This document shows, one piece after another, positions 1-10,559 of a stretch of 47,089 nt of DNA. Each line of letters begins with the position of its first letter. Within the stretch, counting starts at the first letter, position 1. The DNA comes from Bacteroidales bacterium (lineage in GTDB: Bacteria; Bacteroidota; Bacteroidia; Bacteroidales; UBA1715). The stretch covers positions 1 to 47,089 of the forward strand of contig JAAYPM010000110.1 of assembly GCA_012519815.1 (NCBI GenBank), given 5' to 3'. The position numbers were made by a program, and so were the translations under genes. A model generated the notes under the pieces. It did not search any database, was not told the DNA's origin, and saw nothing but the letters and a program-made list of their open reading frames with translations.

Positions 1-3000
1 ATGTAAAAGCACACTGCCTCCCCCCTCTGGCATCCAATCTAAAAAGTTAGCAGCATCAGCTGGCGTTGCCGAAACATCCGTATCATCTGAAAGGGGCGGA
101 ATAGAAAGCGGAGGTAAAATAACTACCGTCTTTGGATTTGGTTGATCAACCGTAGGAGGATTTACCATTATAACATCAAGAGAATAATCAGCACTACTTT
201 CACAAGAATTATTATCCATATAGGTATAAGTAAAGGAATTTGTACCAGTGCTTGCAGTTTGAGGATTAAAACTTGCACTCAAAGAACTTGTAGTTCCTGT
301 AAAAGAATATGATTCCCCTGTACTTGGCTCTGGGCTTACTTGTAAAGAAAACATTCCACCATTATAACAAACCTCAGTTGGATTTACTCCAAATTTAACA
401 TCCGGTAATTTATGTACCTCTACTTCTGTGGTATTAAACGCTGTACAACCATTCGCATCTTCATAATCTAAACGAATAGTATGTTTACCAACAGAATTTG
501 CAGTTGGATCTAATTCTCCTGAAGATAGGTCTATTGTTGCTGTAGTACTTGAATACCTAAGTGTACCTGTTGACGTAGTACCTGTGGGAGTAATAGTAAT
601 AATCTCACTATTATTACCACTCTTACATGCATCTACTCTAGATGGAGAAATGCTCACAATAGGTAAGGGATTTACTGTCATTTGAATTGTAGAAGGTTCT
701 GCCGCACAATTTGCATCACTTATAAAATTATATGTAATTGTGTGTGGTGAAGCTGTTGCTTTTGCAACATTTGGATTAAATCCAACAGTTGTGTTTGCTT
801 GAGATTCTAAGCCCACACCCGTCCACGTTCCTGTGCCTTGTACTGCTTCTGGTGATATTTTCGCAGTAATTATTTCAGCAGCATCAACATCAACACAAAA
901 TACTTGTTCTAATGCAGAAAGAGAGGTTGAAGGAATTGGATTCACAACAATTGTTTTTTCTGCAAATCCTTCACAACCATTTATATCTTTAACATCTACA
1001 CGAACAGTATATGTATCAGCAGTTGCATGATCTAAAAATTCAGGTGTTTGAATAATAGTACTATTAAGCAACCCTTTTGTTACTGCTGTACCAGACCACA
1101 CATATTCTTCGTATTTTTCTGTTTTTAAAGAAATTGCATTACCTGCACACACTGTAAAATCAGGCGTTGCTGTTATAGTAGGCGTTAAATTATCATTAAC
1201 TATTACCGTAACCTCTGTTTTATTACTTTCACAACCTAACAATTTTTGGGTAACCCAATATTTTTGCTCCTCCGCTTTTACTGTAGAAGGTGTTGGAGCT
1301 GTTGTAATAACTACAGAATTTGCGTCATACCATGTAAAAACAGCTTGTGCTTCTCCAGTTGCCTCTAAAGGTGTAGAAGGAGAATTAACACAATATGATT
1401 TATCTGGAGATGTTGGTGGTTCAGGAATAGAGTTTATAACAACCTTTGTGCTTGCATTACTTACAAGTGCTTTACAGTTATTTGCATCTGTAATATTATA
1501 TGGGCGATATTCTCCTGCCGATGGATTAGAAATAGTATATTTATGTGTTGCAGCACTTAATCCTGTACCAGTTTCCAATTCATCAAATTCTATAGGAGTT
1601 GCTCCTGTAAAGGTAATTACTATATCTTTTATATCTTCATTCGCACAATAGGTGTCGCCTCCCGTAATTGTATAAGTTGGTAAATCATGTGCAACAACTT
1701 CAAATGGTTCAGATATATACGAACAATCATTTTTAGAAATTGTAACTACATATGTACCCGCAACCGCAGCAGTAATTGTTGCAGACGATCCCGCAGAAGC
1801 ACCATTACGTGTCCACTGATAGGTCGCTCCCGCCAAGTCAACATCTTTAGCTGGGGTTACACTCAAATTCACATTTGAAGTTGTGCCACAATATGCTCCA
1901 TTATTTGTAGCCGTAATAGTACCCTCAGGAGTAGGATATATTGTAATTGATTTTGTTTGTGCAGCAACAATATCACCCGTACAATACAAATCAGAAATTG
2001 CACTAAGAGCATATTGCCCTTCTTCTTTTCCCAATTCATAAGTATCTGCATTTATTGCTGTTTTTTCTCCTGGATTAGGTCCTGTACTTGTAATTGTATA
2101 TGGTTTCTCGCCTGTAAAATTAACTACTACTGGAGTGATTTCATCATCAACACAAAACTCTCCACCACCAGTTATTGTATATGTTGGTTTTACCGCATCG
2201 CGAATAACAATAGAAGCATCTTTATAACATTCTGCAGAAGTTGGATTGTTTTTATCGCGTATACGCACATAATATGTACCTGGCTCACCATTATTCACTG
2301 TAAATGAACTTGAAAGCACAGAAGCTTCTGTTGGTTTTACAACAGTTGCATCAAGAATTGAAGTGCTGGAAACTGTTCCTTTATACCAAGTAAAATCAAA
2401 TTGTGAAATATTAGTTTGATTTGGTGTTGTTGATAAAGTTGTTGATTCATTTGGACAAAGATAATTATCCTCATCTGTACTCAAAATAGTAATATCTAAA
2501 GGCTTTATACAAGGAGGACAGAAATATTTAGCAGTAACCGGCATGCGACCACAATCGTATGCAGATAAACTTTTAAACACAATATTGGTAAATACCGTAG
2601 CATTATATGGATTACCTGTACCACTGTTTGACAATCCACCTATTACAAGTGCTGTACCTCCATCAATATTATCAGATAATGGGTTTAAAAGCAAAGGACT
2701 ATTTGGAGCAAGAGTTCCTAATGTTCCTTCATACATATTAGCATTACCTGTAAACGCAAATACTAAAATATATCGTGTACCGCGAGATGGGTTTGCATCT
2801 AATTCAATATCTCCAAAATTCACAGTTACTGTTGTTGGCACATCATCAAATGTAACGGTTTGAGTTGGGCCTGTATGTAAAATTGGTCCTCTAATCTCTT
2901 GTCCATTATTATTTTTATTAACCGCATACACATATGGAGTTACAGTACCTGTTTGTGTTTGATAATATGATTTTAAAACAAGGTCAAATGTAGATAAAAC

Positions 3001-5037
3001 AATAGGTTTCCAAACCTCTATAATTAAACTTTGAGATTGGTGACTTTTTGCTGTATTCAACGAAAAATTATTGAGTAATTTACCACCAACAGTAGTTTTA
3101 TCTTCAATATATACTGTATAAATAGTATCTGTTGTTCTTTCTGTTGTAGTTACATTATTTCCTGCAACACAGAATGTTGCATTTGGTGAAGAAGCGGGAA
3201 GTGTAATTGTTTCTAATACAGCACCGCCGGTTTGTGCAGCATACACTTCAAATTCACTCTCTACTGTATAATCAGATAAAAATTCAAAACATACTTGATC
3301 TGAAGATGTTGGATTTAACGGATTACTCACACATGCTATCGGTTGTAAATCTTCTATTGGCATTTCTTTGTCTAAAACTGTAATAGTAGCTTCAACAACT
3401 TGACACGCATTACAAGGTACGTTAACGTCAATATATTCAATTTCTACTTTATAAACCCCAACCTCATCAACAGTAATTTGCGTTTTATTATACACATCAG
3501 TTCTACGAGCAGCTACAGGTGAAGTTTTTGTTGTAGTGTTAAGCAGAGTACCATCTTTATACCATCTAAAATAATATCTGTCAGATAATGGATTACCATT
3601 AATATCATTACCAACGGGAGTAGTAAAGCCAGAAAACAATTCAGCACTTTGCCCTGCACATTTATACATAGGACCAACCATATATGCTTCGGGACATTGG
3701 TCTGGCAATTCACATGGTATTGCAAGAGGCGTTACACAATCAACAAACTTAATAGAAGGGTCGCCAAGTCCAAGTGTTCCAACATAATTAGCAGAAGAAC
3801 CTGCCTGTGAGTTAGATCCCCATACAAAATACTCATTTGCATCATTAATCATAAATCCCCACATATCCCCACGAGAAATTGCTACAGCATCATCAACTCT
3901 TTTCCCATTACAATATTGAGCAAAAATAGGACCTGTTTTACAACCATCAGAATCTGCATTAGGTCGAGGAGCCGATCCTCCGTGACCATTAGTAGGGGTA
4001 TTATTTCCCCAATAAAGTAAATATCCTTCTTTAGTAATTGCAGCACCATAACCATTTCCACCCATTACCTGCAACACATCAGTTAAATATTCTTCGCCAG
4101 ATATAGTTTGATACTCACCTGAAGAAATTTTAGAAGCATACGTAGTATTTTGATTATTTGGCAAACCATTACTACATCCCCAGCCACCATTACCCCAACC
4201 ATATACATATCCACTCACTCCATCTACCGCGAATCCACCAACGTCCATAATTCCAGACATTTTTATAGTGGTTAAAGGATTTCCACTTTCATCGAGAACT
4301 GGAGCTGCAGTATATGCATTAGCATTTCCATCACCACCACGTCCGTTCCAGTTTCCTATAGAATACAATGTTCCTAAACCGTCACCATCAGCATCTTCAA
4401 GAAATAAAGCATTATTATCTCCCCCAGAAATGTGGATAATATTTGTCAAGCGAGTTCCATCAGTTTTTGTTATATAAAAAGGATTTGGGGTTGGATTTTG
4501 AATCCATTTTCCTCCATCTCCATTACCTCCCCAAGCAACAACTTCGCCACTATTTAATAAGGCAAACGAAGCAGAAGTAGAGGCAGCAATCATTTTAATA
4601 TCTCCAAGATAGTTGCCGCCAGGAGTACCATCGAGCGAGTAACCGGGTGTTGCCCCTTTTGGCACAGGCATTGGTTGCGTAGTAACAGAACCAGCTTGCC
4701 CAGTTTGATACGCTGTATTTTCGCCCCAAGCATATACAATTCCGTTACACGACAAAGCCACATTATGCGAGCCAGAACCTGCTGTTACCTGAGAAAACGT
4801 AAGTCCACCAGTATTAACTGGTCTGGGTTCCCAAACTATTGATGAGGAACTATACGGTGCCTCCAAACCAAGTTGATTATCTTTATTATTTCCCCATGCA
4901 TACATATACCCTTCTGCACAAATTACCACAGAATGATCATTTCCACCCGTAATAGATAAACTTTGAGAAAAAGTGTTTGATACATTACATACCAAAGCAA
5001 AAGAAACAAACGCTCCAATTCTACCAAATAAATTCAT
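1..5037 (-). CDS. Large secreted RCC1-repeat beta-propeller plus Ig-like repeat protein, probably a T9SS substrate; 3' end lies beyond the left edge (>1679 aa)
   Basis: Not in the ORF track. Manual translation from ATG at 5037 gives MNLFGRIGAFVSFALVCNVSNTFS|QSLSITGGNDHSVVICAEGYVYAWGNNKDNQLG, i.e. a signal peptide followed by RCC1-like blades (VYAWGEN, VVAWGGN, VYGWGNG, LLYWGNN, FVWGSN, about 3770-4960). A later segment YWVTQKLLGCESNKTEVTVIVN is typical of CHU_C-associated Ig-like domains. Frame spot-checked as open at about 3300, 1260 and 1-60. Confidence 0.85.
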   Translation of the reverse strand, partial: MNLFGRIGAFVSFALVCNVSNTFSQSLSITGGNDHSVVICAEGYMYAWGNNKDNQLGLEAPYSSSSIVWEPRPVNTGGLTFSQVTAGSGSHNVALSCNGIVYAWGENTAYQTGQAGSVTTQPMPVPKGATPGYSLDGTPGGNYLGDIKMIAASTSASFALLNSGEVVAWGGNGDGGKWIQNPTPNPFYITKTDGTRLTNIIHISGGDNNALFLEDADGDGLGTLYSIGNWNGRGGDGNANAYTAAPVLDESGNPLTTIKMSGIMDVGGFAVDGVSGYVYGWGNGGWGCSNGLPNNQNTTYASKISSGEYQTISGEEYLTDVLQVMGGNGYGAAITKEGYLLYWGNNTPTNGHGGSAPRPNADSDGCKTGPIFAQYCNGKRVDDAVAISRGDMWGFMINDANEYFVWGSNSQAGSSANYVGTLGLGDPSIKFVDCVTPLAIPCELPDQCPEAYMVGPMYKCAGQSAELFSGFTTPVGNDINGNPLSDRYYFRWYKDGTLLNTTTKTSPVAARRTDVYNKTQITVDEVGVYKVEIEYIDVNVPCNACQVVEATITVLDKEMPIEDLQPIACVSNPLNPTSSDQVCFEFLSDYTVESEFEVYAAQTGGAVLETITLPASSPNATFCVAGNNVTTTERTTDTIYTVYIEDKTTVGGKLLNNFSLNTAKSHQSQSLIIEVWKPIVLSTFDLVLKSYYQTQTGTVTPYVYAVNKNNNGQEIRGPILHTGPTQTVTFDDVPTTVTVNFGDIELDANPSRGTRYILVFAFTGNANMYEGTLGTLAPNSPLLLNPLSDNIDGGTALVIGGLSNSGTGNPYNATVFTNIVFKSLSAYDCGRMPVTAKYFCPPCIKPLDITILSTDEDNYLCPNESTTLSTTPNQTNISQFDFTWYKGTVSSTSILDATVVKPTEASVLSSSFTVNNGEPGTYYVRIRDKNNPTSAECYKDASIVIRDAVKPTYTITGGGEFCVDDEITPVVVNFTGEKPYTITSTGPNPGEKTAINADTYELGKEEGQYALSAISDLYCTGDIVAAQTKSITIYPTPEGTITATNNGAYCGTTSNVNLSVTPAKDVDLAGATYQWTRNGASAGSSATITAAVAGTYVVTISKNDCSYISEPFEVVAHDLPTYTITGGDTYCANEDIKDIVITFTGATPIEFDELETGTGLSAATHKYTISNPSAGEYRPYNITDANNCKALVSNASTKVVINSIPEPPTSPDKSYCVNSPSTPLEATGEAQAVFTWYDANSVVITTAPTPSTVKAEEQKYWVTQKLLGCESNKTEVTVIVNDNLTPTITATPDFTVCAGNAISLKTEKYEEYVWSGTAVTKGLLNSTIIQTPEFLDHATADTYTVRVDVKDINGCEGFAEKTIVVNPIPSTSLSALEQVFCVDVDAAEIITAKISPEAVQGTGTWTGVGLESQANTTVGFNPNVAKATASPHTITYNFISDANCAAEPSTIQMTVNPLPIVSISPSRVDACKSGNNSEIITITPTGTTSTGTLRYSSTTATIDLSSGELDPTANSVGKHTIRLDYEDANGCTAFNTTEVEVHKLPDVKFGVNPTEVCYNGGMFSLQVSPEPSTGESYSFTGTTSSLSASFNPQTASTGTNSFTYTYMDNNSCESSADYSLDVIMVNPPTVDQPNPKTVVILPPLSIPPLSDDTDVSATPADAANFLDWMPEGGGSVLLH

Positions 5038-5121
5038 TTTTTTATATGATTAAAAATTTATACAAAATACTCTAAGAGATTACTATGACAGAATTTGCAG
5101 ATAAATAGTTGCAAACAAAAC

Positions 5122-5154
5122 AAAAAAAAGGAGCCTAAACAGCCCCTTTTTTTT
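5122..5154 (-). terminator. Intrinsic terminator after secDF, possibly bidirectional
   Basis: Minus strand reads A-run GGGGCT-GTTTA-GGCTCC then T8; the stem includes G-U pairs and is flanked by A/T runs on both sides. Confidence 0.7.
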
Positions 5155-5240
5155 TATTATTCATAAATAACGTACTTTTTAAACTTGTAAAAGTCTCAAA
5201 ACCAGTCCACCAAAGAGATGATGGGTATTACCACCCATTT

Positions 5241-8200
5241 TTACTCGTCTATTTCTTCTGGTTTGTTTTTTTGTATCAAATCATAGGTAACTGGAGCAGC
5301 TATACACAAAGATGAATACGTACCAGAAACAACACCTATTGTAATAGCAAACACAAATCCTTGGATAGATTCACCTCCAAAAAACAAAATAGTAAGTAAC
5401 ACAAGCAAGGTAGATGCTGAAGTAATAATAGTACGGCTAATAGTAGAATTAACCCCCTCGTTAAATAAGCGTAATTTAGCACGTTTTGGGTATTCCGCAG
5501 AAACCTCACGTATTCGGTCAAAAATAATTACCGTGTCATTAATTGAATATCCAATTATCGTTAGTAATGCGGCAATAAACGATTGTCCAATTTCCATAGA
5601 AAAAGGCATAACTTTCCATAATAATGAAAATGCCCCCAATACAACGAGCACGTCATATGTTAATGCAATAACAGCACCTAAACCATATTGCCAGTTTCTA
5701 AATCGTAAAAAGATATACAAGAAAATAGAAATAAGTGCTAAAATTACCGAAATCACAACATTATACATAATATCTGCCGCAATAGTAGGTCCAACCATGT
5801 CTGACTGTCGTACATTTTCTTGCAAGAAAGTATTAAAGTCGGTTCCTTCGGGCAACATTGGTTGTAAACCTTCAAACAATTTTCGTTCAACAATACTATC
5901 AACCTGAGCACCTTTTTCATTAATTTGATAATCGGTAATAATTTTCACGTTTTCATTACCATATGTTTTAACCTCAGGAGTAGTACCATATACAGCACGT
6001 AAAGCTTGTTCAATTTCAGCAGTATTTCGTTTACCACTTTCTAACTGCACAACATACGAACGTCCTCCTTTAAATTCAACGCCCAAGCTAAAATTAAGTG
6101 TAGCCATAGAAATTAAGCCTACTACAATAATTGCAGCAGAAATACCATAAAATACTTTTCTTTTTTCTATAAATGGTATTGTAAGTTTTTTAAACGCATT
6201 TTTCGTTAATTTCGAAGAAAATGTAATTTCCGATTTTTTGGTTAATAACCATTCAAACGTTAATCGAGTAATAAAAATAGCACAAAATAGAGACGTAAGA
6301 ATACCAATAATTAAGATAATAGCAAATCCTTGCACTGGTCCGTAACCAAAAAAGTATAAAATAATACCTATAATAATAGTAGTAACATTGGCATCAATAA
6401 TTGAAGAATATGATTGTTTATATCCTTCGCTAATTGCTGTTTTAATATTTTTACCTAATGCCAATTCTTCACGAACACGTTCATAAATAATCACATTAGC
6501 ATCAACCGACATACCAATTGTTAATACAAGTCCAGCAATACCAGGCAGTGTAAGTGCGGCACCTAAAGAAGCAAGCACTCCAAAAATTAAAAACACATTA
6601 AGCAACAATGCAATATTTGCAACAAAACCAGCCTTTTGATAATACCAAAGCAAGAAAATAAGCATAAGAAGAAACGCTATTATAAACGAAGACATTCCAC
6701 TATTAATAGATTCCTGCCCAAGTGTTGGACCAACAAACTCTGCACTTATTATATCTGCTTTTGCTGAAAGTTTTCCAGATTTTAAGATGTTTGCCATATC
6801 GGTAGCTTCAGCAATAGTAAAATTACCAGTAATAGATGATACACCATCAGAAATTTCATTTGACACGGTAGGATATGAATACACATATTTATCAAGAACA
6901 ATAGCAACAGAGCGTCCTTTATTTTCTCTTGTGATTCGTCTCCATTCGCGTGCACCTTCGCTATTCATAGTCATTTGCACACTTGCAGTAGTACTTACAT
7001 TTTGACTAAACATTGGTCGAGCATCAACAACCGATTTACCATCAAGAGCAGGTTTTCCTGTTGCTGCATAATCTTTTAAAGCAACTAAACTATACAAACC
7101 ATTTTCTTCGGCTTTACGTGTCCATGAAAGTTTTAATTCAGGATTTTGTTCAGCAATAAGGTCTTTTACTTCGGGCAACGCCAAAATTGAATCAACATGT
7201 CGCATATTAATTTCGGTAGCATATCCAACCACTGGTCCAAATCCTGCACGACCATCGCGTGAAATGTTTGGCGTTAAATAATAAAACAATGGATTTTCCT
7301 CTTTCATTTTTTCCATTGCTTCCTCATCTTGAGTGTCAGCAATGCCTAAAGAATCTTGTTCAAGTTTCAATTGCTCTTTTAATGAAAGCTCTTCGGTTGA
7401 TTCAACATTTTCAGTAGTTTGAGAAATTTCTGCTTGCGTTGTTTTATCATCAGTGTTTTTTACAACATCATTTTCTGCATTTATTTTATTTAAATCAGCA
7501 AGTAAAAGATTTATATCAAATAACAATTCGAGTACTTCACTCGCATTAAATGTTTCCCAAAACTCTAAATTAGCAGAACTTTCGAGCAAGTCTCGCACAC
7601 GCTCTTGGTCTTGAACACCAGGAAGTTCCACAAGAATTCTCCGTTTACCTACCCTTTGAATATTAGGTTGTGTAACACCAAATCTATCAATACGAGTGCG
7701 AATAATATTATATGTATTGCTAAATGCAGCATCAGCCTCTTCGCTCAAAACTTTAAGAACCTCTTGGTTTGTAGAACGGAAATTGATTTTATTTTTGATA
7801 TCCTCATTACCCAAAAACAGCAGACGCATATTTTCATTTGGATATAACTCTTGAAATGCCGCACCAAAAATTGTGATAAAGTCGTCAGTACTTGTTCGTT
7901 CAATTTCTTCTGCACGGTCAAGTGTATTAAGCAACATAGTATCACGTTCACCTTTATCAGAAAGGTTAAGAATCATATCACGTGCAGACACCTGCAACAT
8001 AACGTTCATACCACCTTTAAGGTCAAGTCCAAGATTGATTTCACGTGCTTGACATTCTTTATAGGTAAATTTTCTCAGTCCAAGAAAATTGTAATAACTT
8101 TTTAATGATTCGATTGAATCCATAAATTGCTGCTTTTTCGCAAAATCACCTTGAGCGTACTCAGTAGCATCTTTTTCTGCTTTTCTGGCAAAAAAAGTAA

Positions 8201-8270
8201 ATGATAATGAATATAAACTTGCCAGTACTAATAAAACAGCAAAAACACGTATAAATCCTTTATTTTGCAT
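5241..8270 (-). CDS. secDF: Fused protein translocase subunit SecDF
   Basis: NLGLDLKGG, RIDRFGVTQP, ILVELPG, GPTLG, GMSVDANVIIYER, LGVEFKGG and GYSINDTVIIFDRIRE motifs. Confidence 0.97.
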   Translation of the reverse strand: MQNKGFIRVFAVLLVLASLYSLSFTFFARKAEKDATEYAQGDFAKKQQFMDSIESLKSYYNFLGLRKFTYKECQAREINLGLDLKGGMNVMLQVSARDMILNLSDKGERDTMLLNTLDRAEEIERTSTDDFITIFGAAFQELYPNENMRLLFLGNEDIKNKINFRSTNQEVLKVLSEEADAAFSNTYNIIRTRIDRFGVTQPNIQRVGKRRILVELPGVQDQERVRDLLESSANLEFWETFNASEVLELLFDINLLLADLNKINAENDVVKNTDDKTTQAEISQTTENVESTEELSLKEQLKLEQDSLGIADTQDEEAMEKMKEENPLFYYLTPNISRDGRAGFGPVVGYATEINMRHVDSILALPEVKDLIAEQNPELKLSWTRKAEENGLYSLVALKDYAATGKPALDGKSVVDARPMFSQNVSTTASVQMTMNSEGAREWRRITRENKGRSVAIVLDKYVYSYPTVSNEISDGVSSITGNFTIAEATDMANILKSGKLSAKADIISAEFVGPTLGQESINSGMSSFIIAFLLMLIFLLWYYQKAGFVANIALLLNVFLIFGVLASLGAALTLPGIAGLVLTIGMSVDANVIIYERVREELALGKNIKTAISEGYKQSYSSIIDANVTTIIIGIILYFFGYGPVQGFAIILIIGILTSLFCAIFITRLTFEWLLTKKSEITFSSKLTKNAFKKLTIPFIEKRKVFYGISAAIIVVGLISMATLNFSLGVEFKGGRSYVVQLESGKRNTAEIEQALRAVYGTTPEVKTYGNENVKIITDYQINEKGAQVDSIVERKLFEGLQPMLPEGTDFNTFLQENVRQSDMVGPTIAADIMYNVVISVILALISIFLYIFLRFRNWQYGLGAVIALTYDVLVVLGAFSLLWKVMPFSMEIGQSFIAALLTIIGYSINDTVIIFDRIREVSAEYPKRAKLRLFNEGVNSTISRTIITSASTLLVLLTILFFGGESIQGFVFAITIGVVSGTYSSLCIAAPVTYDLIQKNKPEEIDE

Positions 8271-8321
8271 GTGTTGTTGATTTTATAATAATTAATTGAA
8301 ATTCTATATTTTTTAAGTTCG

Positions 8322-8354
8322 CAAATATATATAATTACATTTAGAATCAGCAAA
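8322..8354 (-). promoter_or_regulatory. Bacteroidota housekeeping promoter of secDF
   Basis: Minus strand TTTG (8351-8354), 21-nt spacer, TATATTTG (8322-8329), matching the -33/-7 consensus TTTG...TAnnTTTG. Confidence 0.7.
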
Positions 8355-8420
8355 AATAATAGAAAAATATGCGATAAGATTTTGCAAGTAAATGTTTATT
8401 CTGCTATTAGCTGCAAAATA

Positions 8421-10316
8421 TTATAGAAGATTTACAAAAAAATCATACAAACTTTTTGTATCAAGATGACACGATTTGTACAATTCTTCGGGCGTTCCAT
8501 GAGGCACAAACACATCGGGAATTCCAAGTCGTTTAATTGTGCCTGAGTATGCTTGTTGCGATGCATATTCAAGAACAGCAGAACCAAATCCGCCATTAAT
8601 AACGCCATCTTCAATCGTTACAATGATTGAAAAAGAATCAAGAATTTCTTGTAATAATTGTTCATCAAGTGGTTTGACAAAACGCATATTGTACCAAGCA
8701 AGTTGCACATTATGAGTTTGTTTAATTTGTTTTATTGCATCATTTGCTCTATTTCCAATAGGACCGACAGAAAGCACCGCTATACGTTGCCCTTGTTCCA
8801 TACATATTCCTTTTCCGAGCGATAATTCTTGTAAAGGAACTTTCCATGAAACATGTTCACCCTTACCGCGGGGATAGCGAATAACAAACGGTTTATTTGC
8901 ACGATATGCGGTGTACATAAGGTGTTGAAGTTCTAATTCATCAACAGGAGATGCAATAATAATGTTTGGAATAGCACGCATAAATGCCAAATCAAACACT
9001 CCGTGATGCGTAGCTCCGTCATGTCCAACAATACCTGCTCTGTCAAGACAAAAAATTACAGGTAACTGAGGCAGTGCGACATCGTGTATTACTTGGTCGT
9101 AGGCACGTTGCATAAAACTTGAATACACATTACAAAACGGTATTAATCCATCTTTTGCCATACCTGCCGAAAATGTTACCGCATGTTGTTCGGCGATACC
9201 TACGTCAAAAGCTCTGCCGGGCATTGCTTTCATAAGCATATCCATAGAACACCCCGAAGCCATAGCAGGAGTAACACCAACAATACGAGCATCTGCTTGT
9301 GCTAAATCAACAAGAGTAGCACCAAATACATCTTGATATTTAGGAGGAGTTTTTAGTGCATCATCATTTACTATTATTTTACCCGTAATTTTGTCAAATT
9401 TTCCCGGAGCATGCCATGTTGTTTGTGATTCTTCGGCGGGTTTAAAACCTTTACCTTTTTGTGTACGGACATGCAATAATTTTGGTCCCTGCATATCAAG
9501 TAAATCTTGAATGGTACGCACCAGATGAAACACATCATGTCCATCAACTGGACCAAAATACCGAAAATCAAGAGATTCAAACAGATTACTTTCTTTCAGC
9601 AACACCGCTTTTATACCATTTTCAACTTTTTGTGCAATAGCCAATGCGTTTGTGCCATAATTACTCAATCGCTTAAGCATATGCCACACCTCATCTTTAA
9701 ACTTATTATATGTTTTTGATGTTGTAATATCAAGAAGATATTGGTTTAACGCCCCAACATTGGCATCAATTGCCATATTATTATCGTTCAAAATAACCAA
9801 TATATTTGTTTTAGAAAAGCCCGCATGATTAAGCCCTTCAAAAGCCAAACCTCCTGTAAGAGAACCATCTCCAATTACCGCAACTATATGTCGGTCAAGT
9901 TCACCTTTTTGCTGTGCGGCAATTGCCATTCCTAAAGCAGCAGAAATAGAGGTTGATGAATGTCCCGCAATAAAAGCGTCATATTCACTTTCTTTTGGAT
10001 TAGGAAATCCAGAAATACCGCCAAATTTTCTATTTGTATGAAATTTTGTTCGTCTTTCCGTCAATATTTTATGTCCGTATGCTTGATGTCCAACATCCCA
10101 CACAATTCTGTCATAGGGTGTATTAAGCACATAATGCAACGCAACAGTAAGTTCAACCGTGCCTAACGAAGCACCAAAATGCCCAGGATTTTTACTGCTT
10201 TCATCAATAATAAATTCACGTAATTCGTTACACACTTGCCCAAGTTGTTCTATTCCAAGATTACGTAAATCAGCAGGATTATTTATATTTTCTAATAGCG
10301 AATTCAAAATTTTCAA
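8421..10316 (-). CDS. dxs: 1-deoxy-D-xylulose-5-phosphate synthase
   Basis: GHFGASLG, WDVGHQAY, GDGSLTGG...NDN thiamine motif, GIAEQHA and DRAG motifs. True start is probably TTG at 10316 or 10307, because a TACTTTTG -7 box lies at 10332-10339 inside the track's 5' extension. Confidence 0.95.
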   Translation of the reverse strand: MKILNSLLENINNPADLRNLGIEQLGQVCNELREFIIDESSKNPGHFGASLGTVELTVALHYVLNTPYDRIVWDVGHQAYGHKILTERRTKFHTNRKFGGISGFPNPKESEYDAFIAGHSSTSISAALGMAIAAQQKGELDRHIVAVIGDGSLTGGLAFEGLNHAGFSKTNILVILNDNNMAIDANVGALNQYLLDITTSKTYNKFKDEVWHMLKRLSNYGTNALAIAQKVENGIKAVLLKESNLFESLDFRYFGPVDGHDVFHLVRTIQDLLDMQGPKLLHVRTQKGKGFKPAEESQTTWHAPGKFDKITGKIIVNDDALKTPPKYQDVFGATLVDLAQADARIVGVTPAMASGCSMDMLMKAMPGRAFDVGIAEQHAVTFSAGMAKDGLIPFCNVYSSFMQRAYDQVIHDVALPQLPVIFCLDRAGIVGHDGATHHGVFDLAFMRAIPNIIIASPVDELELQHLMYTAYRANKPFVIRYPRGKGEHVSWKVPLQELSLGKGICMEQGQRIAVLSVGPIGNRANDAIKQIKQTHNVQLAWYNMRFVKPLDEQLLQEILDSFSIIVTIEDGVINGGFGSAVLEYASQQAYSGTIKRLGIPDVFVPHGTPEELYKSCHLDTKSLYDFFVNLL

Positions 10317-10559
10317 GCAAAAAACAAAGCACAAAAGTAACAAGAAAGTTTGTAAATAAGAGATTGTTTAAAAAAAGTTTTTATTTAAACCAATATGCAT
10401 AAAAAAGACTATGATATACGTCTATTATTTGCTATGATTCACCTTACGTTTTACATACAACATGTTAGTATCTTTTTTAAAAATTGACGATTTTTCCTAG
10501 CACACATTACATAAAGCAATGTAATTTTGTGTAATTTATATTAAATAAATCATACAACA

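Noticed and set aside
833-4477. Eight short ORFs from the track in the first 4.5 kb
   Set aside because: They are antisense or off-frame shadows of the long minus-strand RCC1/Ig gene and show no motifs.
5179-5238. 19-codon minus-strand ORF (MGGNTHHLFGGLVLRLLQV) and a 6-bp hairpin ATGGGT/ACCCAT right after the secDF stop
   Set aside because: Too short, with no family resemblance or independent support; compatible with ordinary 3' UTR.
10506-10525. ATTACAT-N6-ATGTAAT inverted repeat over the OmpA-gene -7 box
   Set aside because: Only 7 bp and AT-rich, so expected by chance; no second copy noticed.
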